DNA from: a virus
IMG/VR virus record: IMGVR_UViG_3300042691_040117
Span: 6,921-70,920 of that record
Length of the DNA stretch: 64,000 nt
Strand: one strand, 5' to 3'
The notes under the pieces are model-generated. The model had not been told where the DNA came from, did not search any database, and saw nothing but the letters and a program-made list of their open reading frames with translations. Shown here in pieces: positions 37,331-48,583 of the stretch. Both the position numbers and the translations under genes were made by a program. Position 1 is the stretch's first letter. Each line of letters begins with the position of its first letter.

Positions 37331-37699
37331 TCAATCAGAAGTCGCATAACATTTGATTTCTTTATAATCGGAGTTAGTTAACTCATTTATTTTTCTTTTT
37401 ATTTCAGACCTTTCATCATTGGTAATATAAACACTACGAGCAAGTTCAATAAACTCTTCGTCAAATCTTTGTTCTTTCTCCAATTTTCTCAACCTGTCTT
37501 CTATTTTCCAAAGTTTCTCATTCACCACTTTTAATCTCACTTCATATTCTAAAGTATATTGAGTAAGAGTACTTTTAATTAAATTTAACTCTTCCAATTC
37601 TTTTTGAACATATTCATCATCGGTAAAAAGAGATTTGATTTGGAGAATAGAAATTTTATCTAATAACTCTCCCACAGAAACCGGTATTACAATTTTCAT
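37331..37699 (-). CDS. DUF6165-like protein
   Basis: PVSVGELLDKISILQIK...VN..LW.IED..R...FIELARSVYITNDER..IK. Confidence 0.8.
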   Translation of the reverse strand: MKIVIPVSVGELLDKISILQIKSLFTDDEYVQKELEELNLIKSTLTQYTLEYEVRLKVVNEKLWKIEDRLRKLEKEQRFDEEFIELARSVYITNDERSEIKRKINELTNSDYKEIKCYATSD

Positions 37700-38466
37700 A
37701 ATACTTCTAGTACTTTGCTTTTAATTTTTTGAATTCTATTTTCCCACCAATTTAAGATTGATGTATTGTTCATACCATATTCTAACATGGATTGACACTT
37801 TTTCACTGCCTCGCCCCAAGTTTCCGCAAATACCCAAGGAGGATTTTCTTCGTACATAAAGGTGCATTCTATTTCTTCCTTTGAACCAACTACAACAGGA
37901 ATGGCACCATTCATAGATGCCTCATAAAGGCGAAAGCAATCTAATGAAGAGTTACCACGACCACAAGGAACAAAGATAGACTTGGAATATATCTTACACA
38001 TCAAATCTTTTGGTGCGGATCTTCCAACAAAGTTTTTTGAAATTTTATGAAACTCATTTAACATTTCTTGTCTATCATTTTTAATTTCTCCAAGAAAAGA
38101 CCAATTCAAAACCTTACTTTCATTAAAAACTTTACACCCATTCGTACATCCAAGAGGAATATGAATTGTATTCGAAGTATAAGTATACTGTGGATGATGA
38201 TATTGTCTCAAGAATAAATCACAATAATTACCTAACTGATTAAATTGTTGTAGGTCTTCTACAATCAACTCATCAGAAAGGCAAATTATAATCCTTGGTT
38301 TTAATTTTTCAACTATTGATAAAATCTCATTAAATGAATGTGCTCTAGAGGCAAAGATTAAAACCTCACCACGTTCATTTAAGTTATGGGAAACTTCTCC
38401 TTTTGGTAAAATTTCTTTCAGTAAAAAATCAGATTCCCATAAACCTTTTTCAAGGGCAATCCTCAT
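37696..38466 (-). CDS. Exostosin/GT47-like glycosyltransferase
   Basis: SIFVPCGRGN..LDCFRLYEA...GAIPVV. Confidence 0.7.
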   Translation of the reverse strand: MRIALEKGLWESDFLLKEILPKGEVSHNLNERGEVLIFASRAHSFNEILSIVEKLKPRIIICLSDELIVEDLQQFNQLGNYCDLFLRQYHHPQYTYTSNTIHIPLGCTNGCKVFNESKVLNWSFLGEIKNDRQEMLNEFHKISKNFVGRSAPKDLMCKIYSKSIFVPCGRGNSSLDCFRLYEASMNGAIPVVVGSKEEIECTFMYEENPPWVFAETWGEAVKKCQSMLEYGMNNTSILNWWENRIQKIKSKVLEVL

Positions 38467-41150
38467 AGATTAAATGTATTTTTGATCATCTCAATTAGTT
38501 TCTCATTTTTAGAAACAACACCCAGACCATAGCAGTGTGTAAAAGTACATTTGGGAAGATCAATTTCATCAAAGAATTTCTTCACACCATACTCATTACC
38601 ATTTAAATTTTCAATACAAGTATCATGAAGTAGAATAACTCCATCATCATTTAAAAACTTAGTCCAGGTTTCAAAATCTTTCTTTACATCCTCATAATGA
38701 TGACTACCATCAATGTGAAGAATATCAATTTGTTTATCCCAAGTTTTTGCCACTTCGTTGAAGTCACCATTAATGAACTCCAAATTATCTTGAAGATGTA
38801 ACTTCTCTCTCTTCATGGATACAAATGGATATGCCTCCTTCTGTCCAACAAAATCATCCCCACTAAAGTTATCGATACCATAAACCTTTCCGATTCTAGG
38901 AATGGCAAAGGAGAAGGTAGAAAATCCATAATCAACACCAAGATCAACAATTACTTCGGGGTTAAGATACTTAACAATCCATTCGGCAAATTGACGATGC
39001 CCAATCCATGCTGTTGCTGGAGTATCATCAAGATTGGTAAGGAATAACTTATCAATTGCATCGGTTCTTTCTTTTAAATTTAAAGTTTCTTGAGCAAAAG
39101 CAGAAGCAAACACTATGATGTTTGGATTTTGTGTAAGTTTTCCAACCTCTAGTAGATGAATAAATGCTTTACCCATAACTTCACCTCCAATATTCATTGC
39201 CTCACTTACGGCATGGAATGCATAGTTTGCGGCTTTCTGAATTTCTTGGGCATTAATCATAGCAATACTAGTCATAATGAATACATCAATTCTTGTCGGA
39301 TCAAAATATGGTTTTGAAATATTCAGGTATTCTTTTCCAAGTTCAATAGTTTTTTTGAAATTCTTAACTTCAAAATAATGTTTAAAAATAAACCAAAGAA
39401 AATAAGTATTGGAAGGATCTTTTTTAAATTCTCTTTCACAAATTGAAAGATAAAACAATTGCTTATCTATATTATGTGATTCTACTTCCTTGGTGATTTT
39501 AATTGTTGTCTCAACAGAAACTTCATTTAAATATTTTTCCGTTGGTATAAACATTGGTGTTTCGTGAATTGCATTTGCCCAGGTATAATTTTTAGTTCTA
39601 TGGAACCTAACATGTGCATTTTGTCCAGGTTTTGCTTCTTCACCTTCAGTCTTATCATACCTCTCATGTTTAAAGGCAGTAAATTCTTCAGCAATCACTT
39701 CAAGACCATCAACAAATAATTCTGAAATATCCTCATTAAAATCTATAGAGAATGCCCAATCAGTTTCAACATAAGAAAGTGCTTGATTTCTTGCGACAGA
39801 AAAATCAAACTCATCTCTTGTCTGTGGATGTTCATGTACAGTAATACCAGCATCTTTCAAAAGTTGAACTGTATTATCAGTACTTCCAGTATCAACTACT
39901 ACAGTATGTGAGAACTTTTTAGAGTTCTCAATAAATTTTTCTACATTTTTTTCTTCGTTTTTACAAATTGCATAAAGAGTTACGTCCATTTTTTTACCTC
40001 CAGTTGATTGTTTAGTATGACACCAGTGCCAAATTTTTTGTGAATATGTATATTCTAAATTTCCATTTAGAAAAAATACGGTTTTATTTTTAAAGTATTC
40101 GTTAACTGCTTGAATGACACCACCCCAACAGGGAGCATAATCATCTCCGGCAATTAATCCACCCGGTTTAAGTTTGGGATACCAAGCAATGATGTCCGCT
40201 AAAACATTTTCATAGTCATGTGAAGCATCGATAAAGATAAAATCAATACTCTCATCTTTAAATTTAGATGCCACATCTAAACTTGCTCCCTGAATGGGAG
40301 TCACAATATTTGATACTCCACACAATGAAGTATATGTCTTAAAAAGTTTTAGTAAAGAAGATGAATGATCTTCGATATCTTTGATAAGTTCTGTGTGTTC
40401 TTCACTACCTTCAAATGTATCGACCGCATAAACCTTTATACTCTTCTGGGACTCTTTAATCAGTTGCCCCAAACAAGAAGCAGATTTTCCCATCCAAGAA
40501 CCTATCTCAACAAAGACAGATCCTTCGGGAAAAGTATTTACCGCTAATTTATATGCTAAATCTGAATCAAAAAATCCAGGTACATCTTTCCAATTCATAT
40601 GAGTTTTAAAATTTGTGTAATTTTTAGAAGATCTTATTCCATAAAAATATAAATCAAAACTATTGCTATCATATTCAAAATGATATTCTGAAAAATAATC
40701 TTGAAAATTTATTTTTGAAGTGAAATCTATTTCATTTAAATTTTTATAATAATCCAAAGTTAATAATGATGCTCCAGGATCATTATTATGAGTTCCATGC
40801 TCTGGTCTTCCTTCAGATGCACAAGTAAAAAAAACTAATCCATCAGTTTTACACAATCTTATCATGTTTTGAAATATGTCAACCCATTTAGGAGTATGTT
40901 CAAAACATTCTGTAGAGCAAACTACATCATAAGATTGATCGGGAGCATTATAACTTTCCCCCGAACAAATAATATCTACACAAGGTCCCTTAATAATATC
41001 CAAACCAACATAGGTACATTTATTAAAAAAATCTCTAATTGTTCCGTTAAGATACAAACTACCTATTTCTAATACTATTTTAGTAGTAAAAAAATCTGGA
41101 AACTTTGTTTTTATTTTTTTTATAAAATTTCTTTGTTCTAAATGTGCCAC
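38463..41150 (-). CDS. Multidomain protein: methyltransferase + methyltransferase + GT2 + TPR + methyltransferase
   Basis: VLEIGS/STECFEH; FVEIGSWMGKS..FIDASHDY; YAICKNE..VVDTGSTD..FDFSVARN; IVDLGVDYG..HIDGSHHY; probable GTG start MAHLEQ at 41150 (track start 41168). Confidence 0.85.
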   Translation of the reverse strand: MAHLEQRNFIKKIKTKFPDFFTTKIVLEIGSLYLNGTIRDFFNKCTYVGLDIIKGPCVDIICSGESYNAPDQSYDVVCSTECFEHTPKWVDIFQNMIRLCKTDGLVFFTCASEGRPEHGTHNNDPGASLLTLDYYKNLNEIDFTSKINFQDYFSEYHFEYDSNSFDLYFYGIRSSKNYTNFKTHMNWKDVPGFFDSDLAYKLAVNTFPEGSVFVEIGSWMGKSASCLGQLIKESQKSIKVYAVDTFEGSEEHTELIKDIEDHSSSLLKLFKTYTSLCGVSNIVTPIQGASLDVASKFKDESIDFIFIDASHDYENVLADIIAWYPKLKPGGLIAGDDYAPCWGGVIQAVNEYFKNKTVFFLNGNLEYTYSQKIWHWCHTKQSTGGKKMDVTLYAICKNEEKNVEKFIENSKKFSHTVVVDTGSTDNTVQLLKDAGITVHEHPQTRDEFDFSVARNQALSYVETDWAFSIDFNEDISELFVDGLEVIAEEFTAFKHERYDKTEGEEAKPGQNAHVRFHRTKNYTWANAIHETPMFIPTEKYLNEVSVETTIKITKEVESHNIDKQLFYLSICEREFKKDPSNTYFLWFIFKHYFEVKNFKKTIELGKEYLNISKPYFDPTRIDVFIMTSIAMINAQEIQKAANYAFHAVSEAMNIGGEVMGKAFIHLLEVGKLTQNPNIIVFASAFAQETLNLKERTDAIDKLFLTNLDDTPATAWIGHRQFAEWIVKYLNPEVIVDLGVDYGFSTFSFAIPRIGKVYGIDNFSGDDFVGQKEAYPFVSMKREKLHLQDNLEFINGDFNEVAKTWDKQIDILHIDGSHHYEDVKKDFETWTKFLNDDGVILLHDTCIENLNGNEYGVKKFFDEIDLPKCTFTHCYGLGVVSKNEKLIEMIKNTFNL

Positions 41151-41848
41151 TATAGGTACGATTTCCAATCAATGCAGGGTGATAATAAATTTGATTCGCA
41201 GTGTGTTGAATACCCAGGAATACAAGATATTAAATTTCTTCCATTACTATGTAGTTCCAAAAATTTACCATGATCATATGATGGTTCATAATTTATTGAG
41301 TATTTGATATGAGTCGTTTTGTCTTCTTTTAAAAATTTAAATTTAGTTGCAAAGGTATTAGTTGTGGATGGAACCGGCATCCAATGAGATAATTCAGTAT
41401 GAAGAACCTTGGTCATAAAATCCTTATACATCTCCTGATACTTATCACCATGATCATAAAGAGTTACATACTCAACTGGTAAGGTAAATCCATCCAAAAG
41501 AATTTTATCCCAACCAGAACGATGGACATAATCGTCTTCTACAAAATAAATTACAGTTTCGTCATCAAAGTTTTGGGAAAGAATATGATTTACTGTTTTA
41601 ATAAAACTTTGAGATTCTTTTCCACAATCGACCTCATAAACATTGGATTCATTCTTTAGGAATGTATCTTGCCTTTCTCCATAATGCTCATCATATACGA
41701 TTGTATAATCTGTCGTTTCTGGATTCAGGGTGTTCTTAAAATTCTGAAATACTTTTTCTTTATCCCACCATTTTGGTCTTTGTTTTCCGGGACTTTCTTG
41801 AATTTTGGAATAATAACAATGCCTTAAAAATACTTGAATTTTTTTCAT
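41150..41848 (-). CDS. GT-A-like glycosyltransferase
   Basis: IYFVEDDYVH, TLYDHGDKY, STTNTF. Confidence 0.65.
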   Translation of the reverse strand: MKKIQVFLRHCYYSKIQESPGKQRPKWWDKEKVFQNFKNTLNPETTDYTIVYDEHYGERQDTFLKNESNVYEVDCGKESQSFIKTVNHILSQNFDDETVIYFVEDDYVHRSGWDKILLDGFTLPVEYVTLYDHGDKYQEMYKDFMTKVLHTELSHWMPVPSTTNTFATKFKFLKEDKTTHIKYSINYEPSYDHGKFLELHSNGRNLISCIPGYSTHCESNLLSPCIDWKSYL

Positions 41849-42450
41849 ACTAAATTACCGGAGATAGAAATTCTAAAATCATCACTTGTAGTGAATGGAT
41901 AAACGCAATGTGATAAGTGTGCCGGGAATAACACTATTCTTCTTTCCCAATCATGATCAACATATAAGGTTTCAAGAGTTAAATTTCCAAGAATATTTGG
42001 ATATAAAAATTGAAACGCTGATGCCGCTTTATTTTTTGACTCTTTTACATGAGGAGCATTTAATTCATTCTCCACTTTGTATGGAACCTTCAACCAACAA
42101 ACAAAACTGAATGTTCCTCCATGATGATGAACCGGATTAAACTCATTCTTTTTTTGAAAATTGACCCAAAGATTTCCAGATTCAAAATGAAAATCTCCAG
42201 TCTTTCTTAAAAAGTTCCAATGTTCACCATAAGACTTACACATCAAATTCATAAATGGTTCAAGATATGGAAGAGACTTTGGAAGACCAAATTGCTTTTC
42301 TATATTTCCGGCAAGTCCATCATTCCATTTTTCATGATTTTTCCAATCAGATTGAATTTCTTCAATCTCATTCATAAGAATATCGTAAAGTTCTTCAGGA
42401 AGAATACCTGATGTTACACCAGGATTTGGTAGTGGTATGTGATTAAACAT
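41845..42450 (-). CDS. 2OG-Fe(II) oxygenase
   Basis: LWVNFQKKNEFNPVHHH.G.FSFV, LFPA.L.H.VYPF....RISISGN. Confidence 0.85.
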   Translation of the reverse strand: MFNHIPLPNPGVTSGILPEELYDILMNEIEEIQSDWKNHEKWNDGLAGNIEKQFGLPKSLPYLEPFMNLMCKSYGEHWNFLRKTGDFHFESGNLWVNFQKKNEFNPVHHHGGTFSFVCWLKVPYKVENELNAPHVKESKNKAASAFQFLYPNILGNLTLETLYVDHDWERRIVLFPAHLSHCVYPFTTSDDFRISISGNLV

Positions 42451-43246
42451 AATTTTCTAACTTATCTAAACTGTATTCATTCCACCAAGATTTCCAATCA
42501 ATAAAGAAATCCTTATCCCATTCTGTCTGCATGTGAAGAACTAATGATGGAATAGGTGTAAAGCAGTAATATCCTTTCTCATAATAAATCTTACAAACAC
42601 TGTCCAATTCCATTGTTTCTGATACTTCGCTTGTTCCCATTTTATAAAACAAATCCCAATGTTTTTTTATAATATCAATATGTGTCATTAATGTGAATGC
42701 TGGATGAATGTTTGTTCTCCAGTATCTATCTTTTGACACTACAATTTGGCAAGGAACTGCAGTATTTTCTGCCTGGTGATACTCTGCAGGTTTATTAAAA
42801 GGAAACACACTTGCAGGAGCACTCAGGTTGCAACTGAACTGATTAATTGCATGTATCATTAGTTCAATTGAATTTTGTTGATGTAGAAAATCATCCTGAA
42901 CAAAATACACCCAGTCACTTCCATAGTCTCTTCCGTGCTCATAACAACGAAGTATAGAAGGCATTATACCATAAGTTTCAAGATGTGTTAAGTTAATTTT
43001 AAATTTTGCAGTATCAATAAGTCTCTGAAGAATATCTAGGAACTCTTGATCCGAATGATCATCAAAGATTTGTAATTCTATTTCATAATTTGGATATTGT
43101 TCTTGTGCATAATTTAAACTATCAATCAAGGAATATACACATCGAGAACAGACTTCTATTTTTGGAGCATTACAATATCTTACTTGAGAGTCGTCTCTAT
43201 TTCCTTTTGAATGTGTTTGAAGAACTACTAATAAATGAGATTTCAT
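42443..43246 (-). CDS. GT2-like glycosyltransferase
   Basis: IFDDHSD, VYFVQDDFLH, PIPSL.LH. Confidence 0.7.
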   Translation of the reverse strand: MKSHLLVVLQTHSKGNRDDSQVRYCNAPKIEVCSRCVYSLIDSLNYAQEQYPNYEIELQIFDDHSDQEFLDILQRLIDTAKFKINLTHLETYGIMPSILRCYEHGRDYGSDWVYFVQDDFLHQQNSIELMIHAINQFSCNLSAPASVFPFNKPAEYHQAENTAVPCQIVVSKDRYWRTNIHPAFTLMTHIDIIKKHWDLFYKMGTSEVSETMELDSVCKIYYEKGYYCFTPIPSLVLHMQTEWDKDFFIDWKSWWNEYSLDKLENYV

Positions 43247-44025
43247 AAATCAAATTTAGAATAAATTTTTACATTTTCCTCTCCTATGACATCAATAGGA
43301 TTTTGAGAAATTTTAGAAAGATTTGGTCTTATATCGTGAAGACCAAGAAGACCCCACTGATCATCTTTCTGTTCTCCGCAGGCATTTTCAATATTGTTAA
43401 ATGTATTTGTATGAGAAGGAACTTCTAAAAACTCATAGATTTTATTGAGTTCTTCTTCTGGATTTTCTACAAGACTATTATATTCAACCAAATGGACCCA
43501 ATCTGGATATTTATTGAGTCCATAAATCATACTCTCATAAGAAGGAGAAACATAATATCTCCAAATATATTCGGCACGATTATTATTTGTGATTGGTAAA
43601 TTATCTTTTCTTAAATGATTATCAATAAAATTTTCTTTATGATCTGTTCTTTCAATCAATGAAATATAAGATGTGAGAACTTCTGGAATAGAACGATATG
43701 TTGCTACAATCTTTGGTTTATTGGAAAGAAATATCTGAACTGTATCAAGGTTCTTTCCCCAAAATCTATGTTTATCTAGGATTGTTGATTTTGGAATATG
43801 ATTATAAAAGTTAGCAAGAACTGCTTTATAAACATTATAAGAGATTTTCTTGCGATCAAAAGTAAATTGAATATCAAGTCTATTGAATGATTTTTCAATA
43901 TCAGTTACAACATCACCCAAAGGAGAAGTTGGTGATACATAAATGTCTGGATGTTGATTTAAAAGTGATCCAAGTAAAGTAGATCCACTTCTCGGAAGAC
44001 CTCCAAGAAAATACAATGTTCTCAT
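43243..44025 (-). CDS. Sulfotransferase
   Basis: GLPRSGSTLLGSLLNQHP (5'-PSB loop), DK.R.W, R...EVL.S, Y..LV..P. Confidence 0.9.
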   Translation of the reverse strand: MRTLYFLGGLPRSGSTLLGSLLNQHPDIYVSPTSPLGDVVTDIEKSFNRLDIQFTFDRKKISYNVYKAVLANFYNHIPKSTILDKHRFWGKNLDTVQIFLSNKPKIVATYRSIPEVLTSYISLIERTDHKENFIDNHLRKDNLPITNNNRAEYIWRYYVSPSYESMIYGLNKYPDWVHLVEYNSLVENPEEELNKIYEFLEVPSHTNTFNNIENACGEQKDDQWGLLGLHDIRPNLSKISQNPIDVIGEENVKIYSKFDL

Positions 44026-44066
44026 ATTTTATTGCTTTTTATTATATATTATAGCACAAATTGTGA

Positions 44067-47000
44067 TTAATTTTTTGCAATTGCTGCTACAAGGCGACTT
44101 CCAGAACTGACTTGTTCCCAGTTAGTACCTCCGGCAAATGTTGTAACTGGAGTTGATCTATTAGTAGTAGTAGCATTTCCAAGTTGTAAAAAGGCATTAT
44201 CTCCCCAAGTCCATAGAGTTCCATCAGTCTTAATTGCTGCTGTACTATTTCTATTAGCACTGACTTGTCTCCAATTAGTTCCTCCGGCAAATGTAGTTAC
44301 TGGGGTGTAACTATTACTATTGATCGTACCATTAGTTCCAAGTTGCCCCTCACTTTCATAACCCCAGGTCCATAAAGTTCCATCGGTCTTGGTTGCTGCT
44401 GAATGTAAATCTCCAGCACTGACATATCTCCAATTAGTTCCTCCAGCAAATGTGGTGACCGGAGTTGATATAGTTACATTAAACCCAGAAGAAACACTAC
44501 CGTAAACAAATCCCCAAGTCCATAAAGTTCCATCGGTCTTGATTGCAGTTGTATGATCACCTCCAACACTGACTTGTTTCCAATTGGTTCCTCCGGTAAA
44601 TGTTGTGACTGGAGTAGATACGCTACCTGATATAGTTGCATTTCCAAGTTTTCCAAAATCTCTCGGACCCCAAATCCACAGAGTTCCATCAGTCTTAATT
44701 GCTGCAGTATGAGCATTTTTAGCACTCACTTGCTTCCAGTTAGTTCCACCAGCAAAGGTGGTAACTGGAGTAGATCTAATACCTGTCGTAATTCCATTTC
44801 CAAGAACCCCAGATTGTCCATTACCCCAAGTCCATAAAGTTCCATCGGTTTTTATCGCTGCTATGTGAGATAAATTTCCAACACTAACTTGCTTCCAATT
44901 AGTTCCTCCAGCAAATGTAGTTACTGGAGTTGATCTATTAATCGTATCTCTAGTTCCAAGAACTCCATTAAATCCTCTTCCCCAAGTCCATAGAGTTCCA
45001 TCTATCTTGATTGCTGCTACATGTTCTCTCCCAGAACTTATTTGTCTCCAATTAGATCCTCCAGCAAATGTGGTGACTGGAGTGGATCTATCACCCGATA
45101 CATCATTATTTCCAAGTTGTCCAAGTTGCCCATAACCCCAAGTAAATAAACTAAACAAATCCGGTAGATTATAAGTAGGATCAACGCTTTCTATGGCACA
45201 AACACGATATCCTCCAGAAGAACCAACGGACTTCCAATTACTTCCACCCAAAAATGTTGTAACCGGAGTGGATGCATAAGTAATGCCTGCTTGAGCAAAT
45301 TGATATCCAGTGCCCAATTGGTCTTGTGTATCACTTCCCCAAGTCCAAAGAGTTCCGTTGGTTTTAACTGCTGCCATGTGATATCCACCACAACTCACTT
45401 GTTTCCAAGTTGCTCCTCCGGCAAAGGTGGTGATCGGAGTGGATACATAAAGTTCAATATCGGGAGCACTAGAAAGAGGTGCCTTTGCATTTCCAAGTAT
45501 TCCATAATACCCATTACCCCAAGTCCATAGGGTTCCATCATTTTTAATTGCTGCCATCATATTTACGGTGTAATATCCACCAGCACTGACTTGTTTCCAG
45601 TCTGTTCCTCCGGCAAAGGTGGTGATTGGTTCGGCACTACTCTGATATAATTTAGAAGTTCCAAGTTGAGCTTGCCCATTAGCTCCCCAAGTCCATAAAG
45701 TTCCATCGGTTTTGACTGCTGCAGAGGAATGATATGAGCAAGATACTTGTTTCCAGTTAGTGTCTCCTCCTACTTTTCTCGGAATATCATTAATTTGAAC
45801 ATAAAATGTATCTCCAAGTTGACCATATCGAGCATATCCCCAAGTATACAATTGATTATTATTGTTCAAAGCTGTCGTATGAGAATTTCCAGCAATGACT
45901 TGTGTCCAGTTGTTACCACCGGCAAATGTTGTGATTGGAGTGGATGCGGAAAAATACTCGGTAGGGGTGTCAAAATCTAGAAATCCATTAGCATTTCCAA
46001 GTTCTCCTGTTTCACCAATGCCCCAAGTCCATAGAGTACCATCGGTTTTGATTGCCGCAGTATGTCTATTTCCGGCACTCACTTGTTTCCAATTGGTTCC
46101 ACCAGCAAAGGTGGTGACTGGAGTGGAACTATTACCCCCATCAGTATTTCCAAGGGTTCCAATTGGACCACCACCCCAAATCCAAAGAGTTCCGTCAGTT
46201 TTAATTGCTGCTGTATGATAACCACCAGAACTCACTTGTTTCCAATTGGTTCCACCAGCAAAGGTGGTGACTGGAGTGGAACTATTTGCTACTGCTGCAT
46301 TTCCGAGTCCTCCAAATAAACTACGACCCCAAGCCCATAAGGTTCCATCAGTTTTGATTGCTGTGGTATGAGCACCACCAGTACTTACTTGCTTCCAATT
46401 AGTTCCTCCTGCAAATGTGGTGATTGGAGTTGATATATTACCTGTTGTTACTCCATTTCCAAGTCGCCCATTAGTTCCATTACCCCAAGTCCATAAGGTT
46501 CCGTCAGTTTTGATTGCTGCCATAGTCGAACCTCCACCACTTACCTGTTTCCAGTTGGTTCCTCCGGCAAATGTTGTAATAGGAGTTGATATACTAATTG
46601 TTGTAACTGCATTTCCAAGTTGACCAGAACTTCCAAAACCCCAAGTCCATAAGGTTCCATCGGTTTTAATTGCTGCCTTATAATCTCCACTACCACTTAC
46701 TTGTTTCCAATTGGTCCCTCCAGCAAAGGTGGTGATTGGAGTGGTTACAAAATTTTGCCCAGAAGTTGCTGTAGCACCATTTCCAAGTTTTCCTACATTT
46801 GCTTCACCCCAAGTCCATAGGGTTCCATCAGTCTTGATTGCTGCCGTATGATTATTTCCAGCACTTAAGGTATAAAGATCTTCAGGATTAGTTGTTGGAG
46901 TATCTGCCCAGTTAGTTCCTCCGGCAAATGTTGTCTGTGGGGTGGATCTAATAGGTGTATAAGTTGGTCCTGTACCTAATTGACCAAAATAAGCATACCC

Positions 47001-47564
47001 CCAAGACCACAAAGTTCCATCGGTTTTAATTGCCGAAGAATACGAATATCCGGCAGCAATTGACTTCCAATTAGTTCCTCCAACAAAAGTAGTGATTGGA
47101 GTAGATGAATTAACCCTACCATATACTCCAAGTTGTCCCTGATCATTTTGCCCCCAGGTCCATAAAGTCCCATCAATTTTAATAGCTACTGTATGAGTGC
47201 ATCCACCTTCTACTTGTTTCCAATCAGTTCCTCCAGAAAATGTAGTTACTGGAGTATCTCTAATGGTTGTTGATGCATTTCCAAGTTGCCCATCACGATT
47301 ATATCCCCAAGTCCATAGGGTTCCATCGGTTTTGACTGCTACTGTATGAAGACCTCCGGTACTTACTTGTTTCCAATTACTACCACCAACAAATGTAGTA
47401 GTCGGAGTACTTACAAAAGAAGGACCAGTATAATTTCCAAGAGCTCCTGCTACGCCCCTACCCCAGTTCCACAAATTTCCTTGACGAAACGGATCTGCCT
47501 TAACAAAAACATCATCAAAACTATATCTAAGACCGTCTTGTGTAAAGTTATAAAATGTTGGCAT
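44067..47564 (-). CDS. RCC1-repeat beta-propeller protein (1165 aa; 3 propellers, one nested)
   Basis: ~52-aa repeats [34 protein letters not shown]. Confidence 0.9.
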   Translation of the reverse strand: MPTFYNFTQDGLRYSFDDVFVKADPFRQGNLWNWGRGVAGALGNYTGPSFVSTPTTTFVGGSNWKQVSTGGLHTVAVKTDGTLWTWGYNRDGQLGNASTTIRDTPVTTFSGGTDWKQVEGGCTHTVAIKIDGTLWTWGQNDQGQLGVYGRVNSSTPITTFVGGTNWKSIAAGYSYSSAIKTDGTLWSWGYAYFGQLGTGPTYTPIRSTPQTTFAGGTNWADTPTTNPEDLYTLSAGNNHTAAIKTDGTLWTWGEANVGKLGNGATATSGQNFVTTPITTFAGGTNWKQVSGSGDYKAAIKTDGTLWTWGFGSSGQLGNAVTTISISTPITTFAGGTNWKQVSGGGSTMAAIKTDGTLWTWGNGTNGRLGNGVTTGNISTPITTFAGGTNWKQVSTGGAHTTAIKTDGTLWAWGRSLFGGLGNAAVANSSTPVTTFAGGTNWKQVSSGGYHTAAIKTDGTLWIWGGGPIGTLGNTDGGNSSTPVTTFAGGTNWKQVSAGNRHTAAIKTDGTLWTWGIGETGELGNANGFLDFDTPTEYFSASTPITTFAGGNNWTQVIAGNSHTTALNNNNQLYTWGYARYGQLGDTFYVQINDIPRKVGGDTNWKQVSCSYHSSAAVKTDGTLWTWGANGQAQLGTSKLYQSSAEPITTFAGGTDWKQVSAGGYYTVNMMAAIKNDGTLWTWGNGYYGILGNAKAPLSSAPDIELYVSTPITTFAGGATWKQVSCGGYHMAAVKTNGTLWTWGSDTQDQLGTGYQFAQAGITYASTPVTTFLGGSNWKSVGSSGGYRVCAIESVDPTYNLPDLFSLFTWGYGQLGQLGNNDVSGDRSTPVTTFAGGSNWRQISSGREHVAAIKIDGTLWTWGRGFNGVLGTRDTINRSTPVTTFAGGTNWKQVSVGNLSHIAAIKTDGTLWTWGNGQSGVLGNGITTGIRSTPVTTFAGGTNWKQVSAKNAHTAAIKTDGTLWIWGPRDFGKLGNATISGSVSTPVTTFTGGTNWKQVSVGGDHTTAIKTDGTLWTWGFVYGSVSSGFNVTISTPVTTFAGGTNWRYVSAGDLHSAATKTDGTLWTWGYESEGQLGTNGTINSNSYTPVTTFAGGTNWRQVSANRNSTAAIKTDGTLWTWGDNAFLQLGNATTTNRSTPVTTFAGGTNWEQVSSGSRLVAAIAKN

Positions 47565-47580
47565 TGGAGTGGGAATATTT

Positions 47581-47940
47581 TTACTTGGAAATAACTATTG
47601 GAGTATTCATTTTCTCACTCCAATTTTTTAACCATTCTACCATTTCGTTACTTATTTCTTTATTATTTATCGGAAGAACCTTTAGATACTGACCATTTTC
47701 ATTTTGTTCTACGGAAATTAATACATTGCACTTATCAGGTCTCATTTCTTCGGGAAGTAAATATTGACTCCAGGCGCACTGATAATTTCTACAAACCTCT
47801 GGTCGTGCCTTATGAACTCCACACTTACCTTCTTCTAAAAATTTACATGATTTTCCACATCCAAATTCCCATCCAAAAGCATCACCAACTAACCAAGAAC
47901 AACAAGCAGTACATTCACCACAAGACCTAAATTTAGACAT
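47581..47940 (-). CDS. YkgJ-like CxxCxxCC cysteine-cluster protein
   Basis: CGECTACC...C.FL..G.C.VH..RP.VC..YQC.W. Confidence 0.8.
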   Translation of the reverse strand: MSKFRSCGECTACCSWLVGDAFGWEFGCGKSCKFLEEGKCGVHKARPEVCRNYQCAWSQYLLPEEMRPDKCNVLISVEQNENGQYLKVLPINNKEISNEMVEWLKNWSEKMNTPIVISK

Positions 47941-48583
47941 AATCTACCTCTCTATAAAAGTATTGATATGGTTCATAATCTTCTGGTTGATATAAAGATT
48001 TCATGTTTCCATCTCCAGTCCCAATCCAGAATTCTCTATCTAATCTAAAATTAGAATTCAAAAAAGTATTGTCTAGAGTATTTACATAGGAAGCGTTTGC
48101 CCACCAAAAGTTTCCGACAAAATGCTTTGTCCCTGCCTTCTCCCAAGATTGTCTTCCATCACTCCAAGTAGTTGGTCCTAAAATCTTAAGATTACTTCCA
48201 ACGGCATCATGATTATCTAACTGCTCAACACACTCTTTCCACTTATCAATCACAAAGTATTCCATCATTAATCTCCAACTCTCACCATTCATACTTTGGT
48301 GGGTCAATCCCTTCATATGAAAATAAAGAACTTTATAGTCTGGATTTTCTTTACAAAAATCTCTTAAAGACATCAAAGTTTCAGTTTCCTCTTTCCAATT
48401 TGTATTAACTTTTACAATTGTTTTTTCCGGAACATTAAACATCTCCTGCTCACCATTCACACCAAAGTGAATATGAGATGCTTCTTTAATCAATCCCGAA
48501 GTATAAAGTCTATGAACTTGGGATTGATACATAAAAGCAGCAAACCCAATTTGAGAAATGTGATAAAAAATTGCTAGTTTCAT
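47933..48583 (-). CDS. Putative glycosyltransferase-like protein
   Basis: AIFYH, ETETL, VLYFH.KG, WR..MEYF, GNFWWA. Confidence 0.55.
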   Translation of the reverse strand: MKLAIFYHISQIGFAAFMYQSQVHRLYTSGLIKEASHIHFGVNGEQEMFNVPEKTIVKVNTNWKEETETLMSLRDFCKENPDYKVLYFHMKGLTHQSMNGESWRLMMEYFVIDKWKECVEQLDNHDAVGSNLKILGPTTWSDGRQSWEKAGTKHFVGNFWWANASYVNTLDNTFLNSNFRLDREFWIGTGDGNMKSLYQPEDYEPYQYFYREVDYV

